DNA from: Octopus bimaculoides
Taxonomy: Eukaryota
DNA length: 63,955 bases
Assembly (NCBI RefSeq): GCF_001194135.2
Contig: NC_068983.1
Span: 18,923,632 to 18,987,586 of the forward strand
Reading direction: 5' to 3'
In this document: in pieces, positions 52,261-63,955 of the stretch
Numbering within the stretch: position 1 is the stretch's first letter
Layout of the letters: each line of letters begins with the position of its first letter
Program-made: the position numbers and the translations under genes
Notes under the pieces: generated by a model
The model's database searches: none
Told to the model about the DNA's origin: nothing
What the model saw: the letters and a program-made list of their open reading frames with translations, nothing else

Positions 52261-53254
52261 TTTGATCATCTCTTAATTTCTCTTTCTGGGTGATGTGATT
52301 TTTCCTAATTTGCCCGAGTAATTTTATTGCAGATTCCTTGACAGAAAGTTTCCTTTCCATTTCAGACTACATTTAAAAGATATATCAATCTTGATGCTTC
52401 ACGTTTTCCTTACGTTTCTGCAAAGCAGGATATTGTTCGAAAGAAAGCAAAACCAGCTTTTGGTGATTCATACTTTTAAGCAAATTGTTTTAAACGTCAT
52501 ATGGATCCTACTCAACTGCTCAAGTTATCGTGTCCTCCATTTGTCACGGCGCTAATGTTAGAGAATGGATTTGTCTCTAACCTTTGAACTGGATGTTTTC
52601 TACATCGCATGCTTCAGTATAGTGTGAGAAACATTCAAATACAGAAGTTATTTTGAGCGTTTCACTTAGAGTTAATTTAAAGTTATTATATTAATTCGTA
52701 TAACAATATACAGGAAAAAGGATCATATGAATATTCAGATATTCTTTACAATTCCAGGAGGCATTTCTGAAATATTGAATGATGAATAATCTAAATTTTT
52801 GCAACAAACCACAGTAATTGATGTAGGTTTATTATAACGAGTAACCATTTCAGCTGTGATTGGCTGTCCGCTGAATTTTGTTTCGCATATTTGTATCAGC
52901 CTTTTCATTAAGAATTGTGTGAAAATATTTTCTGTTCGACAAATCATTCAGCTTTGTTTTGCAGAATTCTTGCTTAAAGCATTGGGTACTGAATCTTAGA
53001 TTTGTGTACTCTAGAAAAAGATATATATAGTTGATAAACGGGGGTGGTATGAGTAACTTAATCAGCAATAAAATACGCCGAAATACGAGTAATTTTGTTC
53101 AAACAAAATTCACATTTTCCAACATTTTTTGGCCTAATATGTATATAGTCTATTACGGAGGACATTCCAGTATATATTGTTCATCAAAACATATATTACG
53201 GATTAAAATTTTGGAATCCCACACTTTAAATATACTATATATTATTTTCAAACT

Positions 53255-53522
53255 TTGACACAAGGCAGCAAAATCGGAAATAGGAATTTGAACAGCAGAA
53301 TTTGAACTCTGAAGGTAAAGTCGGTTGAAACGCTGCCGGTGTGCTAATGATTGTGCCATCTCACTGTCTTCCATTGTATATTTGATATTGGGTTTCAAAT
53401 TTCCACACATGCTCAGCAATTTCAGGAAGAGGGCGAGTCGTTTAAATCCACCCCAGTGTTTAACTGGTAGTTATTTCATCGAATCCAATAGGATCAAAGG
53501 CAAAGTCGACCTCGGCGGAATC
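53255..53522 (-). mobile_element. Two SINE family B fragments
   Basis: TTCAAACTTTGACACAAGGCAGC and GGTTTCAAATTTCCACACATGCTCAGC tails; GGATCAAAGGCAAAGTCGACCTCGGCGGAAT central domain. Confidence 0.7.
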
Positions 53523-56500
53523 TGATGGGATAATGTAAAGACATTATTAGTTAGAATTGTTCCGGTGCAGTAAGCTCGCTGTCTTATGCACTATATTTGA
53601 TATTACAGATAAAAAGTGACTGGTATACTACATGAATGAAAAATATTATGAAAAATATTTGGTGTTATATCAAATAAGATTGTATATTTGATATACATTA
53701 GATGAATTTGAAACCACATAAATTATTATTCATATGAAATAAATGCGAGACAAAAAGTGTAACATTTGTTCCAATTATACTTAGTAACATAATTTATTTG
53801 TGTAAAATATATAAAAAACAAATTTATAAGATCTTACAAAACATGGATGAAGGAATTCATCTTTAAAGTGGTGGTTCTTTGAATTTAAGCATATAACAAT
53901 GCTCCACTTATTACAAGCATTCATTCTGTAGCGTAAATATCATCTAGGTTTTGGTATAGATCTTACAGCAAGGAAGATTGACTAGAACATCCGGGAGACA
54001 CAGTGTCTTAATCAGTGAAGTTATGACACGTGCTAAGTATCGCGAAATTATGATTTCATTATCGTAAGCAAAATGCTGGTGAAAGTAGATCAATTTCCCT
54101 GCCTAGCCAGTATCAGCACGAATATTGAAAAAAACTCATTTGTACAAGGAAATATGAGATAGACATCATGAATATCACTATGATCAATGACGGGACATTC
54201 GGATAATAGTAAAGTAAAAAAAAAAACACACAAGAATAGATGGAATACTGCTTGTTCGATAGATTCAAATGTGTGCATATACCTGTATACATACACGAAG
54301 AAACAGACAATCCTGCATACATACAATCTCCCACATGCGCATATAGTAGCAAATATAATTTTCTACACAAGAAAATCCGAGCTCAAACACGGAGACAAAT
54401 ATTGTTATATTGATATAGAGGAGGGAAAGAGGGAGGGAGAGAGGGGGGTGCTGAACGTCAGTTTTTATAAACGGATAAAATTACATAATCAATACAATTT
54501 TGTTTGTATATTATGTTGTATACGATGATTAGAGAGTAAAATGTGTTACTTGATATACAGGAAGGTTTGAGAATTATTGTTGAAACGTCTTTCATCAAAC
54601 TTTCTTAAGTGTAGGCTGAAGTGCGGTTAAACAGGAATACCGCAAATAAATTATATTTGAACAGAAAATGAACGTATAGATTTTCTACTCATGCGTTTTA
54701 TTAATTAGACCAATTATTAAAAAGGTAATTAACATTTAAACATATATTGAGATTTAATATCAAAGTGAAAGTACCATGAACTAGCTGAAGATCGTATTTC
54801 CCACGTAAGAAAATAATGTGTGTGTATATGTGTGCGCGAGTGAGGAGATTTATGTTTATAGGTGATCGTCCATAAAGTTACACACCATAATAGATATGTG
54901 TGTGCATGTGTATGTGTGTGAATGTATATATATATATATATATATANNNNNNNNNNTACTTCATTTAGAGAATTAACATTGCTTATATATATATGTATAT
55001 ATATATATATATATATACATTGAGGGATGTACACGTACATAGCTAGTGACATATTACCTGATTCCCAAAATATTAATGAAATAAATACATGAATTTTAGC
55101 AACGTGACCATAATATATGCGTAAAGTTGTTTCAGTTGTGTATTCAATATTTGTGCTTATGTGTTCCTCGGTTGTTATTCACATCTGCATGCAATACAAT
55201 ATAATACATGATATATTATATCATATAATATATATAAGATATATATATAACTGGAGGACATTATAAACACATTCGTTGACACAGTTATGCATAAGAGGTA
55301 CACACGTACACAATCATACGCCCATAGCACACTCACATTCACATATACATATATGTGTATGTATATGTATTTACATACAAAAAGTAATGGAATAATCAAG
55401 ACGATACACTTATACGTGCAGAAGACATACGGGGAGGTTGGTAAACGGTTGTGTGTATTGAATGTAGTCTTGGGTTCATTTAAATTGTTGTATGGTTGTT
55501 AAATCAAATCGATAGCATATATTGAATTGGTCAATTTATTATCGAATATTACATTATTTCATTAACAATTTGAACTATCCTTTGGGTTTACAAGTAATTA
55601 ATGTTCTTGCTTGATTTCCTGCACATTAAAGTCACGAAGAATCTATATTCAATTCATTTGATTTTATTACTACAATTATTGAATTGTATTTGAAATCACA
55701 GTGGTTGTGGTTATCATTATACACGTAGAAAGATAATCACATATTTTCAAAAGCGTCCTACTATATTATACGTGCTTCATGAATACGTGTGTGCAAGCTT
55801 GCCAGTCGTGTTTCGCAAGATGATAATAACGTCCACCAGTCATCTTTCACGAGGTAATGAAGTAAATTTGACATACACATTGTTTTAGTGATTTGAAGTC
55901 TTAAATGATAAACTTTAATGAAGCATGCATTTCTTAAATTTGGACTTAATTCTCCTTATATTTTACATATTTTCAACTCGTTCTTGTATCAAAATATTAC
56001 AATGCTATCTATATCAAAGCTAAAGGGCATTTTCAAGAATTGATTGCAAGTAAAATATCAGTAACTTTCTAATTTGTGGTTACACGTGAAACAGCTAGCG
56101 TGGTATTTTAAAAATCTAGTATTTATCACATATTTAATTGCGAGTCCCAACTACATATAGGGGATATAGAGGAGGGTAATATTGAGTTCAATGATATTAT
56201 AAAAGGCGTTGATATAAATAAACGAAGCGTGGATTGAAATGTTTTAACGATTGCATATTCTAAGACCATATCATTAAATTAACTCATAGACACATCTGCA
56301 TAAGTGGAAATATGAGGATTGCACAATATATTGCACATGTGGTTTTTATTGTCTTGTCGATGATGTAGCTATAGCTACAGCTGTGGTTTGAGCCCAAATG
56401 CAATGATGTAAATTAAAACTCTACATCTAGATTTCATATTTTCTTTGTAAGATGGCTGGATTAGTGTAAAATACCAAATGGAATATGAGAATTAGAAATA

Positions 56501-56950
56501 TTCTGAGAACGCAAAGGTATGATGAGGCTTTTGAGGAATTTGTAAAGAAAGAAATTAAACATAAACAACTGCTATGAAATTTTAATGCGCTTGAATTTTT
56601 GTTTTACTAGGAAAACCATCTACAATAGCGTAGGAATTACTTTCAATGATGATTTAGAGCAATTGAATGAACTCTAGCAGGCCAAGGCAACAGAACATTT
56701 TGTTAGAAATCGCTAATTTCAATTTCTTTTGAGGCCTCGATGAATAATGCTCAGGGAACAGAGAAACGCAGTGAAATTAGGAAAGTCTTAACGTTATCCA
56801 TTCATAAAATTCCATGCAAAATTAATGAATCGTGGAAGAAAAATGGAAATGCTCTTCGCATGTTTATTTCTGAAGTCAAAAGTGTTTGCATTTACTGGTA
56901 ATTGTGCTCTTAGCTTTAAAATGTTCGTTTTGCTTATAATATTTACAATA

Positions 56951-57358
56951 GGCGTAGGAGTGGCTGTGTGGTAAGTAGCTTGCTTACCAACCACATGGTC
57001 CCGGGTTCAGTCCCACTGCATGGCATCTTGGGCAAGTGTCTTCTACTATAGCCTCGGGCCGACCAAACCCTTGTGAGTGGATTTGGTAGACGGAAACTGA
57101 AAGAAGCCTGTCGTATATAGGTATATATATATGTATGTGTGTATGTGTTTGTATGTCTGTGTTTGTCCCCCCAACATCGGTTGACAACCTATGCTGGTGT
57201 GTTTATGTCCCCGTAACTTAGCGGTTCGGCAAAGAGACCGATAGAATAAGTACTAGGCTTCCAAAGAATAAGTCCTGGGGTCAATTTGCTCGACTAAAGG
57301 CGGTGCTCCAGCATGGCCACAGTCAAAAGACTGAAACAAGTAAAAGAGTAAAAGAGTA
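56951..57358 (+). mobile_element. SINE family A, full-length copy
   Basis: tRNA-like head with A box (TGGCTGTGTGG) and B-box-like GGTTCAGTCCC, a TTGGGCAAGTG segment reminiscent of CORE SINEs, internal (TA/TG)n, 3' body and (GTAAAAGA)n tail. Confidence 0.93.
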
Positions 57359-57541
57359 ATTGAAATACCGTATTCGAAGCATTAAGCCGTTGGCTACTAC
57401 CCGTGTGCGAGATTAAGAATTTTACTTCCATATTGTATTATGAATTATGTCTTTTAATATCTCAAAACTATTAGAAATCCAGTTTAAGCATTGGAAATCG
57501 TAATATACATCTACTTGTGGAATACAGTGCCAAGTTTATTC

Positions 57542-57582
<41 letters not shown>

Positions 57583-58756
57583 TTTGAGTTTTATCATGGC
57601 TACCGAATAGGTGTCACATATTTTTCCAGATAAATTCCTATATTTACATAATATCGAAGTCTCTTTCTTTCTTTTATTGTCTTTCCTATCAATACATATA
57701 TATATANNNNNNNNNNNNNNNNNNNNNNNNNNNNNNNNNNNNNNNNNNNNNNNNNNNNNNNNNNNNNNNNNNNNNNNNNNNNNNNNNNNNNNNNNNNNNN
57801 NNNNNNNNNNNNNNNNNNNNNNNNNNNNNNNNNNNNNNNNNNNNNNNNNNNNNNNNNNNNNNNNNTGTGTGTGTGTGTGTGTGTTTGTGTGTGTGTATAC
57901 TAGTAGGACCCGTGTAATTTCCTCGGAAGGAAAAAATTTAAGAGCACCTATTTAAGAAAGAATGTATGATTTGCATTTTTATAGTATTCATATTTTAAAT
58001 TTCTTTAAATATTCATTCGTCTACATTCATTACCTCATGTTTCGGTCAGTGTTGTCTTTTCCTCTTGTTATTATATCATCTCGCTGATCCTCTCTAATCC
58101 GTGCTCCATATCTGCCCATCCTTTCTCGAGTAGCCTGCTACAATGTTTCTTGTGAATCCAGACTTTAGACTAAATTAACCCTTATACGCAATTTTTAAGC
58201 GAGCAGACGAAAAATATTTGCACTTATGTATATATGCGATGGTCGATTTCAAAAATAGTATTTCAAAAAAAAAAAAATCTTTTNNNNNNNNNNAAAAAAA
58301 AAAAAAATCTTTTCAATATCAACACACCACCACAACCACCACCACAGTCTGTCTCCCTCTTTTTCTCTCTCTTTCTCTATCTATTTCTCTCAGTGTGAGT
58401 ACCTCCCCTGTCCCTCTCCGTTTACCGTTCCCTGCAGCTAACTTTTTAAACACGTAATAAGTTTTCCTTCCCCACCTCACATTACGTAATTAACACTTCT
58501 TTCTTACTTCTTTTTTTTCTTTCGTCTTTTCCTCTCGCGTTTTCACATCATTTCTCAATTGACCACGTGACCATTTGGCCTAAACGCATTAATATTTATG
58601 ACCTTTCTCCATTTCCTTCTCCCTTCTTTCTTCATTCCTTCCCTGTCTTTCACTCTTACTCCATCTCTCACTCACTCCACCTCCACCTCTCTAACTAATA
58701 AACAACGGACGAACCAACGAGCAGATTATAGTAGCGATATATATATGTGTGTGTGT

Positions 58757-58800
<44 letters not shown>

Positions 58801-60029
58801 ATATCTTTATACATACACATACAGACACACACAAGCCTACATACGCACATACAAATACACACACACAGACGCATACACATACTTATAAATATGCATATAA
58901 ACTCAAATAATGAGAAAATGATAACAGTCTTTTTCTCCTCAGAAAGCGTTGCCAATATTTCCGCACATTGAGCAATTGGAAAATGTATTATAGTTTGACT
59001 CATTCTGTAAAACAGTAAATACAGAAAGTTTTAGAAAATAATAAAATAAATTACAAAATACGTGACAATTGATAGTTTCTATGAACTCTGACCAACAGAA
59101 ATAGCAGCTGTCCGTGTTGCAGTCTAAATTTATTGTTAGTCCAATTTTACACCTACACTTATTGATCCATTACATAAACTCTTTAGATATCAAGTGTGCT
59201 TAAAGCAAATGAATACGCGTATTTTGCTGATGGAATCTTTGAGTACAACTTCAATAACTTTGCGTCTTATTTCAAACTAAGAATATTTCCTTATATTTTT
59301 GATGAAAGAATTAATATTTCTTGCTCCAAGTAATCGGTTTTGGTTTGATGTTATGGAAATTCAAAATATGAATTCCTTCAGCAAGTACTAAAATAAATTT
59401 CAGAAAAATCGCATGCCCTTCTATTGTTTCCCTATCTGTTTTCGTAGTAGGCATTATTTTTATGGCTGCATCGAATTTAGATGCATTTGATTTTTTGAGG
59501 GGAATTTATAAGAATACTGCTTACTATGAAAATAAATGTAAGATGAATAGGCGTGCATGCATAATTAAAACATAAAGGCATACAAAATATCAACTACATA
59601 TAAAAGATTAGAACATCTTCCATAAAAAAGAAGAAAACAAAAGGAATTACACAATCACAAAAGTAAATAATTTCCATCTAGTCTGCTTCGTAGCTATGGG
59701 ATTCTGAAATTTGATATTATATGCAGACAAATAACATAGTAGATTTCATCATTTATAAACTCCCACAAAAACGTGAGGCATTGTGCTTATATACAAAGAA
59801 TCACCCTGTTCTTCAAGGAAATCAGTATATGTTCGCCCAAACACGTCCCTATATATAATTAATGCAACTTCAGAAACGTTCGTTGAATCACTTGAGTTAA
59901 CTTTGTTAATTTTCAAACTAGATGAAATCCGTTCGAAACACAGGCAGAACGAATCTATTATGAAACACTTCCCTGTATATAGTAGTAGCTAAATCTCAAC
60001 TGGATAATCTTGGACATCATTATCTAAAC

Positions 60030-62567
60030 CATCGGCTCCGGAAGTGGACGGTACCGATCCCAGGGTAGGGGGAGATTCCANNNNNNNNNNNNNNNNNNNN
60101 NNNGCTGAAAGTTTAGGAGGGCGTTAGGTGGGCTGTAGATGTCAGGTGTGGGGAACGGATTAAAACTTGTGGAAAATTTGTGGAAAGGCAAGTTACGAAA
60201 GTCTGACAAATAAACACGTTTAAGTGTCACATATGTCTTAATTCCTTTGATGAGATCTTCGTAATGGGAATGACAAAACGCCATAGATATCCAGATAAAT
60301 TTGAAAAAGATATTTCAGATAAAACATAATGACCACGGGATTTTATGCAGTTGTTCATGGAACGAAGTGTCCAGTGATACCACTGTAGTCACATGACATA
60401 TGATGGGATTATTTTCTCTTTGGCGTAGTCGAACGCTGTAGTGTGAGAGTCGGCTGCCGCATCGCTATAGGCGCTGTAATACGTGTTAACGCCTCGTTTT
60501 ATATTGTCTGCTGCTTGGCGCCAGAAACTTAGCTTTGACTAGTTGGCGTTTGGATTTTGATCTGTCCACAAGTCATCGCTGTGCTGTCGGTTGTGATTTC
60601 TCAACCAATGCACACATATTTCTCCGACATTCAACCACTAACATGGCAACTCTAATGTAGTACACTCATAATGCATAAAATCGTACATTCAGGTGGATAA
60701 CCCTTTTGTGGAACAATCATGAAAATGTCAGTAAGTCTTTATATGTAGTTTTGCAGATACCTTCCTTTGTAACTTCGAAGTCATGAACATTATATTTCAA
60801 AGACTTGTGCAACAAACATGGCACGAACCAAATATTACATGGCATGTTTGCCGCTGCGTCACATAACAATGACGATGGGCTACACGCTTCTTACAATATT
60901 GATCTTCTTAATTCGAAGGCACCAAAGTCCATAAAATTTGGGTATTTTAATTGCTCCAATCATTCGAGAAATTATGATAACTGTTCTGAAGAAAAATCCT
61001 GGACCAGTTTTGAAAGCTCTCTTTTTGAGCAATACTACCGTACAGAGGCTCATTGACGAGATGGCCGGTGATACTGAAGAAAATGTTTGCAACATTTTGC
61101 GAAACACAGAGTTTAGCTTGCGACTAGACAAATCAACTTTGCCCAACAATGAATCTCTTCTCTTGGCATATATGTGTGCCATTCATGTTGGGAAACTATT
61201 TCAAGAAATGCTGTTTTTCTCGCACTATGGGAACTGATACTAAACAACACTCTGTATTTCACACTGTGGAGGAATCTTTGAACCTAAAAGGAATACGAAT
61301 GAAAAACGTTCTTGCATGTACAACAGACAGTGCTGGTTCTATCGTTGTGCGGTACCGAGGTTTCATCGCATTTATCAAGCAGCAGTCCCAAACATTATGG
61401 CCATTCACTGCATCATCCATCGACAATATTTAGTCACCACACACATCACACAACATCTAAACGCTTCTCTGACCAGCGTGATTGAAGCTGTGAACAAAAC
61501 AAGTCTCACCCGTTAAATTCGGGACTTTTCAAATAGTTTTGTTCTGAAAACGACGAAGAATTTGAGTGGCTCCTACTGCGCACACAGGTGCGATGTCTTT
61601 CTAAAGGAAACTGTCGTATTCGCCTTTTCTCGTTCTTTCCTTGTGTCGTTAGTTTTTTAGTCAGTGGAATCGTTGCTAGCAGAACGACTCACAGCCTTCA
61701 GACCGCACGTTGTTTGCTTAGCTGACATTCTTGCGAAGATCAACAACCTGAAACTCCAACTGCAAGGTGACGACACAAACCTCATCAAATCCAAGGCTGC
61801 CATCTCTGGTTTCACCGCGAAACTGCCCTTTTAACAGCGAAATATTGGAAGCAAATACTTCTGCCAATTTCCAAACCATAGGCAACTGGGAGAATGCCCA
61901 TCTGATGATGCGTTTCTCCGTTTCACAGAGCATCTCAAGAGCGTTGGAGCTGACATAAAACTGCGTTTTCAGCATTTGTCAGATGTGGAAATCCCACCTT
62001 GGATCTTGGTCTCTTTTCAGATCACATCGATCGACATGAACAGGTCCATTGAGAGAGAAGTTATTGAGACAGCATATTTTTTTTAAACCACACGCTTTCC
62101 AGGAATTGTGGCTGAAGTACACTATTCCAGAAAAATCTCATGCAATGTGGGTAAAGGCAAAATTGTTTTTTATAGTCTTCCCAAAGTCGTATTTAGTTGA
62201 AAGAAGTTTTAGTGTGGTGTCCCAGATTCTCAACAAGTCGAGAAATCGCCTGGATATTGTGTAGAGAGGAGACTTGCAACTTCACCTTACTGCTATGAAG
62301 CCCAATTTTGAAGAACTCTTAACCTAGCACCAAATTCATCCTTCACATTAACTTCATGTATGTCCACGCTTATTTTGAAAAATGCTATTCAGAACTACCT
62401 TTCTATTAACTTTATTAAGATTAGTTGACGGAAAACATCAATTTTACTTTAAGTACTTCGTATCACAATAAACATGGTGTCGATCACTTTTTAGGATAAG
62501 GTGGGGGCCATAATTCGGCAAAGTGTTGAAAAAGGGATGACAATTTGGACAAGTTTGAGGACCAATG
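60030..62567 (+). mobile_element. Decayed hAT (Charlie/Buster, SCAND3/ZBED-like) DNA transposon; transposase remnant ~60600-62350
   Basis: NDDGLHASYNI; LSNTTVQRLIDEMAGDTE..FSLRLDKSTLPNNESLLLAY (first catalytic Asp region); ACTTDSAGSIVVRYRGFIA; HCIIHRQYL; SYLVERSFSVVSQILNKSRNRLDI...HQIHPSH*. Degenerate TIRs CATCGGCTCCGGAAG (60030) and AAGTTTGAGGACCAATG (ends 62567). Many stops and frameshifts; a gap at 60081-60103 separates the left TIR from the body. Confidence 0.88.
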
Positions 62568-63482
62568 GGTATGTATGTTCCCTTGTATAAAATAAAACAA
62601 ATTGACATTGTGAGCAATTGACTGTCATTCTTAGCAACGGGGAGCACAAGTATTAACGTTACATCTTCCGTACCTCATAAACTCCATCAATTCTTTAAAC
62701 ATTCGAGAGAAATCTTGCCATACATACACTTTTGAAAATGTTATACTGTAATTTTTAAAAGAATAAGTATACTGAGTTTCTTTTATATCATATTCAGTAA
62801 AAATGAAGCTAGATATGACTATGGAATATGGAAACAAATTTTATACATATTTTATGGTTAATGTTACTTCCATTACGAAAGCGTGTTTGCTTATACATAC
62901 ACTAAAACAAACTATGATGTATTCCAGGACCGACAGATAACACTCCATTACGATTTAAGCGTCTCAACGTGAAGTTTCATTTGATTAAAAACGTTTGTTT
63001 GAAAATATAATTTTATTCCTTTGAAGTGCTGAAAAATATTACAAAAATGTATTTTCTGGTAAGTTGAAAACAAAATTACATTGCAAAATTTCATTATTAG
63101 AATAAAATTTTTATAATATTCCATTGTAAATATGAAAGCATTTAGAAAGAAAATATGTGCAAGGAAAATCTAGAAAAGAAAATACAGACGTTTATCAGGA
63201 ATGTGCGACATTATTGGTAATAAGTGAAACAACATGTTAGATTTATGGCAAAATAAATAAGAAAAAAAAAACTGTAAGTTGAATCCATAACACTATGGTG
63301 ATTGTTATTGTTGTGTTATACGGTTTCTAGGGTGAGTTGAATCAAAAAACATTCGGAGGCAGCTGGAGGCATTATATATGCGGGTGTACAGGCAATGAAA
63401 TAATTACGAATTCGTTCAATGTGCTTCCTAATATGTTACCCAATCTATTAGAGTGATCTTACGAAGTTACATAAAGGTCCTA

Positions 63483-63783
63483 TTCTTTCATTCGTTTATT
63501 CTTTTACTTGTTTCACTCATTTGACTGTGACCATGCTGGAGCACCGCCTCGTAGAGTTTAGTCGAAGAAATTGCCCCCCAGGTCTTCTATCCGTCTCTTT
63601 CATCAATACTGGTTATCAAGCGACGATGGGGACACAAACACATACACGCACACATATAGATATATATACACATATATATATATATATATATATATACCTA
63701 TGCATATATATATTTACGACGGACTTCTTTCAGTTCCCGTCTACCAAATCCACTCACAGGGATTTGGTCGGACCGAGGCCATG
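63483..63783 (-). mobile_element. SINE family A, 5'-truncated and internally deleted copy
   Basis: CTTTTACTTGTTTCACTCATTTGACTGTGACCATGCTGGAGCACCGCC and GACTTCTTTCAGTTCCCGTCTACCAAATCCACTCAC match the reverse complement of family A. Confidence 0.85.
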
Positions 63784-63955
63784 GTAAATTGATTTTGACC
63801 AATTATCAGTTAAATGGGAACCTCCATGCTGATATATCAGGAGACCGTCTTCAGCTTTGCAATAACGAAAGCATACAAACACACTCATAATTGTGAATGT
63901 ATGTATGTTTGTACGTAAGCATGTATGCATGTATGTATACATGCAAGTATGTACT

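Larger units (their letters stand above)
2640..60103. other. Assembly gaps (N-runs) at about 2640-2848, 8526-8535, 15345-15712, 17113-17252, 18347-18743, 28245-28254, 32543-33041, 33647-33890, 39598-39670, 41349-41918, 42626-42908, 47452-47461, 50086-50694, 51394-51549, 54947-54956, 57707-57864, 58284-58293, 60081-60103
   Basis: Runs of N, most abutting (TA)n or other simple repeats, typical of a short-read scaffold. Confidence 0.98.

Noticed and set aside
56951-57020. SINE heads as tRNA genes
   Set aside because: They retain A/B-box-like motifs but run into SINE bodies, and I could not fold a full cloverleaf with an acceptor stem.
2579-57955. Long ORFs containing X runs (e.g. 41166-42101, 50072-50816, 32435-33154, 15191-15857)
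   Set aside because: They are open only because N-gaps and (TA)n/(TG)n repeats contain no stop codons.
58262-58312. Direct repeat of (A)n-TCTTTT
   Set aside because: Duplicated across a 10-N gap; assembly artefact.
5933-58971. ORFs of MYVC, IYIY, HTHT, poly-I, poly-L, poly-N or poly-K type
   Set aside because: Translations of microsatellites; no complex coding sequence.

Overview
AT-rich, microsatellite-dense, gap-containing metazoan genomic DNA. The repeat content (two tRNA-type SINE families, Penelope-like elements, Dong/R4 and RTE LINEs, a Charlie-type hAT) looks like a coleoid cephalopod (Octopus-like) short-read scaffold; that assignment is pattern recognition, not a database result. 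I cannot confidently identify any host protein-coding gene. Almost all ORFs in the track are artefacts of N-gaps, simple repeats or decayed transposons. Well supported: a decayed RTE LINE (~17.8-19.7 kb), a near-full-length decayed R4/Dong retrotransposon ending in (TAA)n (~19.9-22.6 kb), a second R4 fragment (~30.2-31.0 kb), several Penelope-like remnants, a decayed hAT transposon (~60.0-62.6 kb), a hAT MITE and more than 20 SINE copies or fragments. Best leads: (1) hammerhead-ribozyme motifs in two inverted Penelope termini; (2) a ~296-bp tandem duplication in which each copy holds an 18-nt splice-site-bounded candidate microexon; (3) an unexplained ~1-kb island with a 175-codon ORF overlapped by a 160-codon frame broken only by TGA; (4) SINE (ATT)n tails apparently serving as R4/Dong landing sites. 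None of these demonstrates a new biological system; all are hypotheses to test.
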